From Limnothrix sp. BL-A-16 (GTDB taxonomy: Bacteria > Cyanobacteriota > Cyanobacteriia > CACIAM-69d), in assembly GCA_041937175.2 (NCBI GenBank), contig CP166615.1, positions 480,001-544,000 of the forward strand: DNA of 64,000 bases, written 5' to 3'. Both the position numbers and the translations under genes were made by a program. Below the pieces are notes generated by a model, which searched no databases, was not told the origin of the DNA, and saw only the letters and a program-made list of their open reading frames with translations. Shown piece by piece: positions 20,759 to 31,324 of the stretch; the stretch's first letter is position 1, and each line of letters begins with the position of its first letter.

Positions 20759-23569
20759 ATGGATCTTGTGTTGTGCCACATGACGGTGGATTTTGATGCC
20801 CTGGGGGCGGCGGTGGGCTGGGCCTGCCTGCACCCGGGGGCCAAAATTGTGCTGGCGGGCGGGGCGCATCCGGGAGTGCAGGCGTTTTTGGCGCTCCACC
20901 GCGATGAGTATCCCTTGATTGAGCGGCGATCGGTGGATCCAAAACGGATTCGATCGCTCGTGGTGGTGGATACGCAACAGCGCGATCGCCTGGGGAAGTT
21001 GGCGGAATGGCTGGACTTGCCGCAGTTGGACTCGATCGCCCTCTATGACCATCACTTGGGGTCTGTGGGGGACATTCCCGCCACCCGACAACAAATCGAA
21101 GCGGTGGGGGCCACCACCACCCTGATGGTGGAGCAATTGCAACGGGCGGGCGATTTGCAGCGGCCCCTCACACCGGCCGAGGCAACGGTGATGGCCTTGG
21201 GGATCCATGTGGATTCTGGATCCTTGACCTATGAAACCGCCACGGCGCGGGATGCGGCGGCCCTGGCTTGGTTAATGGCCCAAGGAGCCAGCGTCAGTGC
21301 CATTGCCACCTATTTGGATCCGAGTTTGTCGCCCCTGTTGCAGCGGCTGTTGGCGGAGGCGATCGACCAGGTGCATGGCCGCCCGGAACAGACCCAAGTG
21401 GTGGCCGGGGCCCGCTTAATCTGGGTGTTGCTGACGGCGGATCATTACGTACCGGGTCTTTCGACGGTGGCTTCGCGGTTGGTGGACACGATCGGGGCGG
21501 ATAGTTTGTTGCTGGGAATGCTCTATGGCACGCGGGAGGGGCCTCGCGGTTGGCGGCTATCGTTGGTGGGGCGATCGCGGTTGGTGGGCCCGAACTGGGG
21601 AGCGTTGTTGGCTCCTTGGGGAGGCGGCCATGCCCAAGCGGCGGCGGGCACGGTGCATTGGGATTCAGAGCCAGCAGCACCGATCGAACCGGCGGCAATG
21701 TTGCTGAAATCCCTGATGGCGGCCTTTGCGGCGCAGTTACCCCATCCCCCGATCGCGCGGGATTTGATGTCGTCACCCGTGCGGACGATTTTGCCGGAAA
21801 CCTCGATCGACGAAGCCCAGCGAATTTTGTTGCGCTATGGCCATTCCGGCCTGTCCGTGGTCGATCGGGGTGGGCAGTTGGTGGGGATTGTGTCCCGGCG
21901 AGATTTGGATATTGCACTCCACCACGGGTTTCACCATGCCCCCGTCAAGGGCTACATGACCACCCAACTCAAAACCATCACCCCGGAAACAACCCTAGCG
22001 GCCATCGAAGCCCTGATGGTGACCTACGACATTGGCCGGCTCCCGGTGCTCGATCGGGGACAACTGGTGGGGATTGTGACCCGTACCGATGTGTTGCGCC
22101 GGTTCCATCGCGATCGACAGCAACAGCCCACCCCTGCCCTCTCAGACCCGATCGCCGCGATCGGGAATTTTTGCCCCCTGCTGTCGCGGCTCACTCCGCC
22201 CTTGCGACAACTGCTCGATCGGGCGGCGGCTTTGGCCCAGACCAGGGGCTGGCAACTGTACCTGGTGGGGGGTGGGGTGCGCGATTTGCTCCTGAGTGAC
22301 GCGGCCCAGGCGCTGCACCTGTCGGATTTGGACTTGGTGGTGGATGGTTGCCATCAACCTCGGGAGAATCCTCCAGAGGACTCAGAAGCCATCGCGCCAG
22401 ACACCGGAGCCGCTGTGAGTTTGGCCCAAGCCCTGGCCCAGGACTATCCCGGGGTGCGTTTACAAGTCCATGGGCAATTTCAAACGGCTGCCCTGTTGTG
22501 GCATCGAGATCCGCTGTTCGATTCCCTGTGGGTGGACATTGCCACGGCGCGCACGGAGTTTTATCCCTATCCAGCGGCCAATCCGGAAGTGGAAGCCAGT
22601 TCCATTCAACAGGATTTGTATCGGCGCGATTTTACGGTGAATGCGTTGGCGGTGCGGCTGACGGAACCCAATCCCGGTGAGGTGCTGGACTTTTTTGGGG
22701 GCATGGTGGACTTGGGCGATCGACTGGTGCGGGTGCTCCATGCCAACAGTTTTATTGAGGACCCCACGCGGATCTATCGAGCGGTGCGGTTTGCGGTCAA
22801 GTTGGGGTTCACGATCGAAACCCAAACGGAGCGCTACATCCGCTATGCCATGGCCCAACTATCGCCCTTGGGAGGGCAGCGCCGCCAACCCGCCTTGGAA
22901 ACCCGTTTGAAGGCCGAGCTGAAATACATTTTGCAGACGGATTTTTGGTTGCCGGCCCTGGATTTGCTCGATCGCCTGGAGGCCCTGCGTTGCATCCACC
23001 CCACGTTGAAACTGACCCGATCGCTGCGGCAGGCGGTGCGCTGGGTGGCCTGGGTTTGGGCAGCGGGGGTGTTGGCTTGGGGGGACGATCGGGCGGTGGC
23101 CGGTCTCCATCGTTGGGAACTGTTGCTGGAAACCTTGCTGGCCAGCTTGGCCCCGGGCGATCGCGCCGAGGTGGCACGCCGGTTACAGCTCACCGAAGCC
23201 AGCATTCAACGGCTGGAACAACTGGCGATCGCGGAAACCACCTTACCCGCAGAATTGGCCCGATGCGATCGCCCCAGCGACCAAGTGCGGGTCTTGGAAT
23301 CCTGGAGCCGACCGCTGCTGTTGTTGGTTAGCCTCCACAGCGATCGGGTGACAAGGCGGCAAATTTGGCACTATCTCACCCGCTTGAGCCAAGTGACCAG
23401 CCCTTTGAATGGCAAAGATCTACAACAGTTGGGCTATGCGCCGGGTAAGCAATTTCGAGAAATTTTGGGTCAGTTGCGAGGGGCTTGTTTGGATCGGCTG
23501 GTGGGCGATCGCACCGAAGCGATCACTTGGGTGAAAACCCACTATCCGCCACAAAGTCCGGTGGGCTGA
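20759..23569 (+). CDS. DHH + CBS + class II tRNA nucleotidyltransferase (A-adding enzyme type)
   Basis: HMTVDFDA and YDHH (DHH), CBS pair, LVGGGVRDLLL, DLDLV, RRDFTVNA, EDPTRIYRAVRF. Confidence 0.9.
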   Translation: MDLVLCHMTVDFDALGAAVGWACLHPGAKIVLAGGAHPGVQAFLALHRDEYPLIERRSVDPKRIRSLVVVDTQQRDRLGKLAEWLDLPQLDSIALYDHHLGSVGDIPATRQQIEAVGATTTLMVEQLQRAGDLQRPLTPAEATVMALGIHVDSGSLTYETATARDAAALAWLMAQGASVSAIATYLDPSLSPLLQRLLAEAIDQVHGRPEQTQVVAGARLIWVLLTADHYVPGLSTVASRLVDTIGADSLLLGMLYGTREGPRGWRLSLVGRSRLVGPNWGALLAPWGGGHAQAAAGTVHWDSEPAAPIEPAAMLLKSLMAAFAAQLPHPPIARDLMSSPVRTILPETSIDEAQRILLRYGHSGLSVVDRGGQLVGIVSRRDLDIALHHGFHHAPVKGYMTTQLKTITPETTLAAIEALMVTYDIGRLPVLDRGQLVGIVTRTDVLRRFHRDRQQQPTPALSDPIAAIGNFCPLLSRLTPPLRQLLDRAAALAQTRGWQLYLVGGGVRDLLLSDAAQALHLSDLDLVVDGCHQPRENPPEDSEAIAPDTGAAVSLAQALAQDYPGVRLQVHGQFQTAALLWHRDPLFDSLWVDIATARTEFYPYPAANPEVEASSIQQDLYRRDFTVNALAVRLTEPNPGEVLDFFGGMVDLGDRLVRVLHANSFIEDPTRIYRAVRFAVKLGFTIETQTERYIRYAMAQLSPLGGQRRQPALETRLKAELKYILQTDFWLPALDLLDRLEALRCIHPTLKLTRSLRQAVRWVAWVWAAGVLAWGDDRAVAGLHRWELLLETLLASLAPGDRAEVARRLQLTEASIQRLEQLAIAETTLPAELARCDRPSDQVRVLESWSRPLLLLVSLHSDRVTRRQIWHYLTRLSQVTSPLNGKDLQQLGYAPGKQFREILGQLRGACLDRLVGDRTEAITWVKTHYPPQSPVG

Positions 23570-23656
23570 GGCTTCGGGGGCGATCGCAACCCAGGGCCAG
23601 GGTCGCAATTATTGCGAATCTTTACGAAAGAAAAACTCTTGACTTATTCTTAAGAG

Positions 23657-24544
23657 TTGAAGCGGCATCCACCCCTCTCCGATGCCCCGAGGTTTGCTTT
23701 GAACCCTTCTTCTCCCCAACCGCAACGAAGCCGCTGGATTGCTCCCTTGTTTTTGGTTACCGCTGCCTGCGCTTCCATGCTTGGCGCGGGAGCGGTGGCC
23801 GTTGTGCGATCTGGCGAAATGAACCTCTTCGGCATTCGGTTCGAGTCCCCCCCCATCCTGAACTGGTTGGCGGGAGAAGAGCAGTCTTTCCCACCGCGTG
23901 AAGGTTGGCCGGTGTCCAAAACCGCTGAACAGGAGTTGGATCCAGCCGATCCCAGCATTCCCGATCTCGTGCTTCAGCAAATTCGCAGCCATCCCCATCG
24001 GGATAGCTCGTCGGTGATTCGCAGCCAACGCATTGCCCCGATTGAGCGGCCCGTGCGCAACAGCCCTCAGCCAGCGGAGTCCACCACCGATCGCGTGCCC
24101 CTGGCTAGTCCCAGTCCCTTGGGTAATCCTGACGACAACGCGCCACCGACTGACAGCACACCGCTGGTGGATCCCTCCGGTAGCAATTCGGGAACGGCCA
24201 ACCCAGCGATCGAGCGCCCCGAGCGCCCCGATCGATCTAACTCGGGCGATCGCGGTTCAACGGTCGATCGATCTCCGTCCGGTACCAGCGCCCCAGAGCC
24301 GGCCGCCAACTCAGCTCCCTCGGAAACCCGCTCCGCGCCCGATCGCCCCGCTAACCCCGAGCCGCGCCCCGTCACAGAACGCCGCCCGACCACGGAGCGC
24401 CGCCCTGCCCCCGAACCAGCCGCCGTTGAGCGTCGCCCCAGCGGCGGCAGTTCCAGTGCTCCAGCCAGCGGCGGGTCATCCGGTGCTAGCAACGGGGGCA
24501 GTGCTGGCAGTGGTTCCGCCCCGGACAGCAGCAGCACACCCTAA
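23657..24544 (+). CDS. Hypothetical membrane-anchored Pro/Ser-rich protein
   Basis: One hydrophobic helix near the N-terminus followed by a low-complexity tail; fills the gap between genes. Start uncertain. Confidence 0.55.
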   Translation: MKRHPPLSDAPRFALNPSSPQPQRSRWIAPLFLVTAACASMLGAGAVAVVRSGEMNLFGIRFESPPILNWLAGEEQSFPPREGWPVSKTAEQELDPADPSIPDLVLQQIRSHPHRDSSSVIRSQRIAPIERPVRNSPQPAESTTDRVPLASPSPLGNPDDNAPPTDSTPLVDPSGSNSGTANPAIERPERPDRSNSGDRGSTVDRSPSGTSAPEPAANSAPSETRSAPDRPANPEPRPVTERRPTTERRPAPEPAAVERRPSGGSSSAPASGGSSGASNGGSAGSGSAPDSSSTP

Positions 24545-24810
24545 GGGCATACCCTGGCCCCCAGTTCTGCGCCCTTGATCCTGATCCCTGATCTTGATCC
24601 CTGACTAAGCTGCAGGCGCGAATCCCCAGCCAGCCCTAAACTGCTCATGCCAAACCTGCCAGCCCAAAACCACCACGCTATAATTCAGAGCGGTCGCGGT
24701 AACCCGCTCCGGCCCTGCCTAAAAGCGATTATGCGCGCACCCTAGCTCTCAACTAGCGCTTGACCTTCCGATTCCCGATCGCCTTCCAAGTACTTTCACC
24801 CGCGAGTTTC

Positions 24811-25131
24811 ATGAGTAACCCGCTTGTCCATGCCTTCTTTGTTGGTCGCGCGATCGCTGAAGTGGTAAACGAACAAATCGAGCGAACTGCCACCGATTGG
24901 TTGAGCGAGCTTGGGAAATTCGATGCCGAACAGCGGGAAAACCTACGCCAACTGGTCGAAGAAGCCCTGGCCAGGGCCCAACAGGCCGAAGCCGCCGCCA
25001 CCAACGGCCGCGCCACCAGTAGCGCTCCCGGTGGCGACGATGTGCAAGCTGAACTCGATGATCTGCGAGCCGAGATTGCTCGCCTCCGGTCAGAGATTAA
25101 GCAATACCGCAGCGAAGCCAACCCAAGCTAG
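24811..25131 (+). CDS. Conserved cyanobacterial coiled-coil protein (Sll1769-like)
   Basis: [42 protein letters not shown]; lies upstream of the ABC1 kinase and PP2C as in Synechocystis. Confidence 0.85.
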   Translation: MSNPLVHAFFVGRAIAEVVNEQIERTATDWLSELGKFDAEQRENLRQLVEEALARAQQAEAAATNGRATSSAPGGDDVQAELDDLRAEIARLRSEIKQYRSEANPS

Positions 25132-25159
25132 AGTCGAGACGCACCGCACGGAGTCGAGG

Positions 25160-26842
25160 GTGAAAACGTACGACAGCAAAGCTTACCGATGGAACCGCGA
25201 GCGGTACTCCCGCCCCCGCCGCTTTATTGATATCTGGACTTTTGTCACCCTTTGGTTACTGTGGCTTTGGATTGACACCAAGCCCTGGAGCTATCGCGGA
25301 GGCATGACGGAGGCCAAACAGAAAGCCCGCCGCCGCCAACAGGCCGTTTGGGTGCGCGATACGCTGCTCCAGTTGGGGCCGACTTTCATCAAAGTGGGTC
25401 AACTATTTTCGACGCGCGCTGATCTGTTCCCGGCGGAATATGTGGAGGAGCTGTCGAAGCTGCAAGACCGCGTACCGGCCTTTGGCTATGACCAGGTGGA
25501 AGCGATCATTCGCCAAGACTTGGGCAAGCCGGTGCAGGAACTGTTCCAAAGCTTTGACCCCATTCCCTTGGCGGCCGCCAGTTTGGGCCAGGTTCATAAG
25601 GCTCAGTTGCGATCGGGCGAAGAAGTGGTGGTGAAGGTGCAGCGCCCGGGCCTGAAAAAGCTGTTTCAAATTGATTTGGCCATTCTGAAGGGCATTGCTC
25701 GCTATTTCCAAAACCATCCCCGCTGGGGCCCCGGTCGGGATTGGTTGGGCATTTACGAAGAATGCTGCCGGATTTTATACGAGGAAATTGATTATCTAAA
25801 CGAAGGACGCAATGCCGATCGCTTCCGGCGGAACTTTCGCCATGCGGATTGGGTGCGTGTACCCAAGGTTTTCTGGCGCTATTGCTCACCTCGGACGATT
25901 GTTTTGGAATATGTCCCCGGCATCAAAATCAGCCACTATGAGGCGATTGAAGCGGCAGGACTTGATCGATCGACCCTGGCCGAGTTGGGAGCCAGGGCCT
26001 ACCTGGAGCAAATCCTAGAAGGGGGCTTTTTCCACGCGGATCCCCACCCGGGCAACTTGGCGGTGAGTCCAGATGGGGCGCTGATTTTCTATGACTTCGG
26101 GATGATGGGGCAGATTAATGCCAATGTGCGCACGGGGTTGATGGAAACCTTCTTTGGCATTGCCCAAAAGAACGGTGAGCGGGTGATGAACTCCCTGATT
26201 TCGCTGGGGGCGCTGCAACCGACCGGAGACACGGGGCCCGTCCGCCGATCGATCCAGTACATGCTGGACAACTTCATGGACAAACCCTTTGAAACCCAGT
26301 CCGTGACCGCCATCAGCGATGATCTGTATGAAATCGCCTACGGCCAGCCTTTTCGGTTCCCGGCGACATTTACCTTCGTGATGCGGGCATTTTCAACCTT
26401 GGAAGGGGTAGGCAAGGGCCTAGATCCTGAGTTTAATTTTATGGAGGTCGCTAAACCCTACGCGATGCAACTGATGAATGGAAATCAACCGGAGGCTGCC
26501 GGAGACTTGCTGGGCGAGTTAGGTCGCCAGGCAGCGCAAATGAGTTCAACGGCTTTGGGTTTGCCGCGTCGCATTGATGACACGATCGAAAAGCTCGATC
26601 GGGGTGATCTGCGCTTGCGAGTGCGGGCCACGGAAACCGATCGCGTACTGCGTCGTCTGAGCAACGCCCAAGTGGCCACCAACTACTCAATCCTGACTGG
26701 TAGCTTTGCCCTCTGTAGTGCCATCTTGGTGGGCACAGGATACGGATGGTTTGCAGTGATTCCCGGTGGCATCGGCCTCCTCCCCGCGATCGCCCTCTTG
26801 CGCTTGCTGCGGCGGATGGATCGCTATGAGAAGATGTTCTAA
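25160..26842 (+). CDS. ABC1/AarF/UbiB-family atypical kinase
   Basis: LGPTFIKVGQ, AAASLGQVH, VVKVQRPG, FFHADPHPGN, YDFGMMG. Start at GTG 25160. Confidence 0.94.
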   Translation: MKTYDSKAYRWNRERYSRPRRFIDIWTFVTLWLLWLWIDTKPWSYRGGMTEAKQKARRRQQAVWVRDTLLQLGPTFIKVGQLFSTRADLFPAEYVEELSKLQDRVPAFGYDQVEAIIRQDLGKPVQELFQSFDPIPLAAASLGQVHKAQLRSGEEVVVKVQRPGLKKLFQIDLAILKGIARYFQNHPRWGPGRDWLGIYEECCRILYEEIDYLNEGRNADRFRRNFRHADWVRVPKVFWRYCSPRTIVLEYVPGIKISHYEAIEAAGLDRSTLAELGARAYLEQILEGGFFHADPHPGNLAVSPDGALIFYDFGMMGQINANVRTGLMETFFGIAQKNGERVMNSLISLGALQPTGDTGPVRRSIQYMLDNFMDKPFETQSVTAISDDLYEIAYGQPFRFPATFTFVMRAFSTLEGVGKGLDPEFNFMEVAKPYAMQLMNGNQPEAAGDLLGELGRQAAQMSSTALGLPRRIDDTIEKLDRGDLRLRVRATETDRVLRRLSNAQVATNYSILTGSFALCSAILVGTGYGWFAVIPGGIGLLPAIALLRLLRRMDRYEKMF

Positions 26843-26994
26843 AGTCCTGGGAATTTAAGGGGTGATACCCCTCATTTTCCGACGCACCCCATGACAAACC
26901 AAGCTCGATAGACCGCGATCGCTGCCACCCGCGCTCAGCGTTCGGTTGGCTGCCAATCCTGATTGCCCCTGTTCTACCCCCGTCCCGTTCGCCC

Positions 26995-27870
26995 ATGAAG
27001 TTTCGAGCCTCGGGATTGACCGATCGCGGAATGCTGCGAAGTGTCAATCAAGATAATTTGTTTGTCGATCCTGAAGGTCGGTTATTCATCGTTGCGGATG
27101 GAATGGGCGGCCACGCGGGCGGACAGGAAGCTAGCCGCATTGCGATCGAAGTGGTTAGCCAAGTGATCCTGCAAGCTTGGGATTCAGAGGCTTCCTCACC
27201 GGCCCTGTTGGAAGTGGCGATCGAGAAAGCCAACGATGCCATTTTGGATGACCAAGTTCGCCATCCGGAACGGGCCGAAATGGGCACGACGATCGTGGCG
27301 ATTATGCATCGCGATGATCAGTGGTGGCAGGTGCATGTGGGTGACTCGCGCCTCTATCGATCGCGGGAGCAACACCTGCTGCAACTGACTAAAGATCACA
27401 CCTGGGTGGCCCGGGCCGTTGAAAGCGGCGACCTGAGCCAAGAACAGGCCCGATCGCACCCCTGGCGACATGTGTTGATGCAATGCCTGGGGCGGCGAGA
27501 GCTGGAGCTAGTGGAAATTTATCCCCTTGAGTTTCGATTGGGGGATCAACTGCTGCTCTGTAGTGACGGTCTCACGGAGGAATTATCCGACTCCGAAATC
27601 TTGCACCATCTTTGCCAAATGCCTTTGGCCCACCAGCTCGATCAGTTGGTGGAGCGTTTGGTGCAGTCCGCCAAAGATCGCGGCGGTCGCGACAACATCA
27701 CCGTTGTGCTTGTGACCAGCGAAAGCACTGAAGAAGACGAAGAAGAGGAGTTTATTCCCCTTGGCCCCGTGGACGATGAACCGTCCGAGGGCATGATTGA
27801 TGAAACCCTGCCTTTCCCAACGGATGATGATTTTCCACCGGAGCTTGCGCCCCTGAGTGAATCGCCCTGA
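26995..27870 (+). CDS. pphA: PP2C-family Ser/Thr phosphatase
   Basis: NQD, VADGMGGHAGGQEAS, MGTT, HVGDSR, LCSDGL, GGRDNIT; acidic tail; synteny with the ABC1 kinase. Confidence 0.88.
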   Translation: MKFRASGLTDRGMLRSVNQDNLFVDPEGRLFIVADGMGGHAGGQEASRIAIEVVSQVILQAWDSEASSPALLEVAIEKANDAILDDQVRHPERAEMGTTIVAIMHRDDQWWQVHVGDSRLYRSREQHLLQLTKDHTWVARAVESGDLSQEQARSHPWRHVLMQCLGRRELELVEIYPLEFRLGDQLLLCSDGLTEELSDSEILHHLCQMPLAHQLDQLVERLVQSAKDRGGRDNITVVLVTSESTEEDEEEEFIPLGPVDDEPSEGMIDETLPFPTDDDFPPELAPLSESP

Positions 27871-27898
27871 GTTGCTGACCTTCGGCTCATGAACCTGA

Positions 27899-27958
27899 GT
27901 GAATTTCTCTCCAGTAAATTGCTCTCAAGTGAATTTCTCTCAAGTAAATTGCCCTCAA
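27899..27958 (+). repeat. Degenerate 15-bp tandem repeat x4
   Basis: GTGAATTTCTCTCCA GTAAATTGCTCTCAA GTGAATTTCTCTCAA GTAAATTGCCCTCAA. Confidence 0.75.
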
Positions 27959-28386
27959 TAGATGACCGTCAGATTGATTAGCCTGGGTGAATGATCCTGA
28001 GTTGATTCTGCGTCGATTGTTATTGATCGTTACTGGTCACTGTTGTGTGAATCACCCTCGGTTTGCAGCCTAGCGATCGGGTGTCTTCAAGTAAGGATTG
28101 GTGGCGATGAGTCGCTGACCTGGGATTGAGACCGTTTAGTTTCCCTTGGCATGTTGAGGGTGATCGGGTCACAATCCTTCGATTAATTGAAGCTTGGCTT
28201 CTGATCCCTAGGTTTGATAATCTCCTAGAAGCTGCCTGCACAGTGCAAACCAAATCTAGGTTGGTATTTCATAGCTCAAATCTCCGATTCGAGATTAATG
28301 CTTGAAACCCTTGATCTTGGTAACTGTGAGTGATTCATGAAAAGCAGAATCTTGTACATAGAGATTGAACTTGGGAGTTTTCAGTA

Positions 28387-28998
28387 ATGTTAAAAATTCC
28401 TGTGCAAATGACGCAAGCCGACAGAACTCAGCCTAAAAATCTTGATGCTCATCCTGATCGAGTCAGCGCGATCGAGTTGAGCAACCATTTAATTCGTCAT
28501 CCTTGGCGGCGATGGGTTGTGATGCCGCTGCTGGTGTTTGGGTTGGGGCTAATCTTTCTAGCTGGTTGGTGTGGATGGGCGGAACCAGCTTGGGCAGAAA
28601 ATTACAACCGCTTCTCGTTAGTGGGTGCAGACTTTTCCAATCAGGATCTGCGAGATGATGATTTCACCAAAGCTAATCTGCGGGAAGCAAATTTTCATAA
28701 CGCTAATCTTGAAGGAGTTCGCTTCTTTGCCGCAAACTTAGAATCAGCAAATTTGAGCGGTGCAAACTTACGAAATTCCACCCTTGATTCAGCCCGGTTA
28801 GTCAATGCAGATTTGACCAACGCGGTGTTAGAAGGAGCCTTCGCCGCCAGCATTAATATTCCCGGTGTCAAAATTACGGGAGCGGACTTTACCGATGTGT
28901 TGTTGCGATCGGACACCCTAGACAAGCTTTGTGCGGTGGCGGATGGGGTGAACCCGGTGACGGGCCGGGCCACGCGCGACACGTTGCTTTGTCCCTAA
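28387..28998 (+). CDS. Pentapeptide-repeat protein (exported/lumenal type)
   Basis: A(N/D)LxxA repeats after a signal ending in AWA; LCAVADGVNPVTG...TLLC C-terminus. Confidence 0.9.
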   Translation: MLKIPVQMTQADRTQPKNLDAHPDRVSAIELSNHLIRHPWRRWVVMPLLVFGLGLIFLAGWCGWAEPAWAENYNRFSLVGADFSNQDLRDDDFTKANLREANFHNANLEGVRFFAANLESANLSGANLRNSTLDSARLVNADLTNAVLEGAFAASINIPGVKITGADFTDVLLRSDTLDKLCAVADGVNPVTGRATRDTLLCP

Positions 28999-29081
28999 GG
29001 TATTTCTCTTGAGTGTTTCCCAAAGGTGCTTTCCAGGAACCTCCAGGGTCATCCATTTTGGTGTCTTTTCGGTGCTGAGTT

Positions 29082-29321
29082 ATGTCTATCGATAATGCCG
29101 ATCGCTTCTTAATTGCTGCTGCCCAGAGCGAACAGATCCGACAATATTTCAAGTCTGTGAAAACGCCCCAAGAATTTGCCGATGTGGCCTGTCGGTTGGG
29201 CTATGAATTTAGTCCTGAGGATTTGAAAATGGCCGTTGCAGAACATAGCCAAAATGTGACCCAGCGAAGACATACGGGCGTGTGGGAATGGTTGCGCACT
29301 GTGCCCTGGATTGAACGCTAG
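29082..29321 (+). CDS. Nif11-like domain small protein
   Basis: MSIDNADRFL...EFADVACRLGYEFSPEDL matches the Nif11 leader pattern. Confidence 0.75.
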   Translation: MSIDNADRFLIAAAQSEQIRQYFKSVKTPQEFADVACRLGYEFSPEDLKMAVAEHSQNVTQRRHTGVWEWLRTVPWIER

Positions 29322-29434
29322 CGATCGACCTAAGTTGCAGCCCAAATTCAGCGAACTGAACATGCCGATTCAGCCAGCAAATCCAGCAAACTAGTTCAGT
29401 AAATCAGCCCAAGCATCCGTAGTTGAGAGAATCG

Positions 29435-30547
29435 ATGGACTTTCTGAATCCGCGCTTGGCGGGGCGACGGGTAGGGGTTTTGTTGCATGAGGGACTGCGA
29501 GGTCCACGGGGCAAAACGGGTCTCGCCTTCTTGCGCTATAGCGCGGCGGAGGTGGTGGCGGTGATCGATCGCGATGCGGCCGGTGCTAGCCTGGTTGCCC
29601 TAACGGGGATTGATCGCCCAGTTCCCGTGGTGGCCAGTGCGCAGGAGGCGATCGCCCTAGGGGTTGATACCTTGCTGATTGGGATTGCGCCTTCGGGGGG
29701 AATTTTGCCGGCGGAGTGGGAAACGGAACTGAAGGAGGCGCTGCGGATGGGGGTTTCCCTGGTGAATGGTCTGCATCGCCCCCTCAGTCAAGCGCCCGAT
29801 TGGGTGGCTTGCCAACAGCCGGGGCAGTGGATTTGGGATGTGCGGGTGGAACCAACGGGCCTGACGATCGGGTCAGGGTTGGCGCGGTTGCTGCCGGGGG
29901 GGCGGGTGTTGGCCGTGGGCACAGATATGGCGATCGGGAAGATGTCCACCACTCTGGAACTCTGCCGAGCGGCCCACCGCCAGGGCCGACGAGCACATTT
30001 TGTGGGTACGGGCCAGGCGGGGCTGATGATTGCCGGACAAGGGGTGGCCCTGGATGCGGTGCGGGTGGATTTTGCGGCGGGGGCAGTGGAGCGGGCCCTG
30101 CTCCAAGTTGCCCAGGATGTGGGCCCAGAGGGATTAGGAGATCAGGATTTGTTGGCGATCGAAGGCCAAGGATCGTTGCTGCATCCAGGATCCACAGCCA
30201 CCTTGCCGTTGCTTCGGGGATCGCAGCCCACCCATTTGATTTTGGTGCATCGGGCTGGTCAAGTTCATTTGCGAGATTTGCCCCATTGCCCGATTCCGCC
30301 ATTGCCGGACGTGGTGGCCCTTTACGAAGCAGTGGCACGAGCGGCCGGAACCTATGCAGCAGCGCCCGTGGCAGCGATCGCCCTGAACACGGCTCACCTG
30401 TCAGACACGGAAGCAAGGGCCGAGTGCGATCGGGTGGCGGCCTTGACCGATCGCCCCTGCACGGATCCGGTGCGTTACGGGGCAGAATTATTGCTGACTT
30501 CGATCGGCGTTGGTTCGTTTGATCAACAAACTCAATTCGCTGGGTAA
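29435..30547 (+). CDS. DUF1611 / DgcN-like P-loop protein
   Basis: GKTG, IGIAPSGG, NGLH, VGTDMAIGKMST, TGQAG, DFAAGAVE, EGQGSL, TDPVR. Confidence 0.88.
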   Translation: MDFLNPRLAGRRVGVLLHEGLRGPRGKTGLAFLRYSAAEVVAVIDRDAAGASLVALTGIDRPVPVVASAQEAIALGVDTLLIGIAPSGGILPAEWETELKEALRMGVSLVNGLHRPLSQAPDWVACQQPGQWIWDVRVEPTGLTIGSGLARLLPGGRVLAVGTDMAIGKMSTTLELCRAAHRQGRRAHFVGTGQAGLMIAGQGVALDAVRVDFAAGAVERALLQVAQDVGPEGLGDQDLLAIEGQGSLLHPGSTATLPLLRGSQPTHLILVHRAGQVHLRDLPHCPIPPLPDVVALYEAVARAAGTYAAAPVAAIALNTAHLSDTEARAECDRVAALTDRPCTDPVRYGAELLLTSIGVGSFDQQTQFAG

Positions 30548-30648
30548 TTGGGTGTCGATTGATTGGGTAATTGGGTGTCGATTGATATCGATTAATCAGT
30601 GCTAATAATTGGTGCTAATCAGCGCCAATTATCAGTACTAATCAGGGT

Positions 30649-31314
30649 CTATGGGGATGAAATTGTGGAGGATGACTGATCTCGATCGAGCGATCGCGAT
30701 CGTTGGGGTTTGCAAGGGTTTCCCCAAGCGATCGATCGAGCGGGAATATTCATCAGTACCGTACTTCTTGCGCCGATGATGCTGTTTGCACCAATGCTCA
30801 CGCCGGGAGCCACAAAACAATCCGTCGCAACCCAAGTGCCATTACCAATCACCACCGGTTCTACTAACAACCCAAAGGCTCGATCGCGAATATCATGACT
30901 GCCGGTACAAAGATAACTGCCTTGGGAAATGACGCAGTGGGAACCTACTTCAATGCGATCAAGACTGTAAAACGTGACATGATCCCCAACCCAAGACCAA
31001 TCACCAATTTGCACTTTCCAAGGATAGGTAAATCGAGCGCTCGATCGAATCACCACTCGCTTACCAATCTTTGCCCCAAAACAGCGCAATAACCAACAGC
31101 GAAACCCATTGGCCGGGTGGGGAGAGAGGGGAAACAAAGTGCCTTGAATGAACCACCACAACAAAATAAACCAGCCGGGCCGCCCCCGATCGAACCAGGA
31201 TTGATCATAGCGACTGAGATCAAACCAAGCTGGCTCATCGGTCACCACAGGGTTCACCCGATCGTGGTGGGTACAGGATTGGGTTACTCGCTCAAAATCA
31301 TGGGGCACAGTCAT
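30649..31314 (-). CDS. wcaF: WcaF-like hexapeptide acetyltransferase (extracellular polysaccharide)
   Basis: DRGRP, LRCFGAKIG, TYPWK, LCTGSHD; hexapeptide repeats. Confidence 0.88.
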   Translation of the reverse strand: MTVPHDFERVTQSCTHHDRVNPVVTDEPAWFDLSRYDQSWFDRGRPGWFILLWWFIQGTLFPLSPHPANGFRCWLLRCFGAKIGKRVVIRSSARFTYPWKVQIGDWSWVGDHVTFYSLDRIEVGSHCVISQGSYLCTGSHDIRDRAFGLLVEPVVIGNGTWVATDCFVAPGVSIGANSIIGARSTVLMNIPARSIAWGNPCKPQRSRSLDRDQSSSTISSP

Positions 31315-31324
31315 AGGCGACGCT

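Noticed and set aside
24911..25159. N-terminal extension of the ABC1 kinase ORF
   Set aside because: It overlaps the conserved upstream gene in another frame; GTG 25160 has an RBS and precedes the conserved start region.
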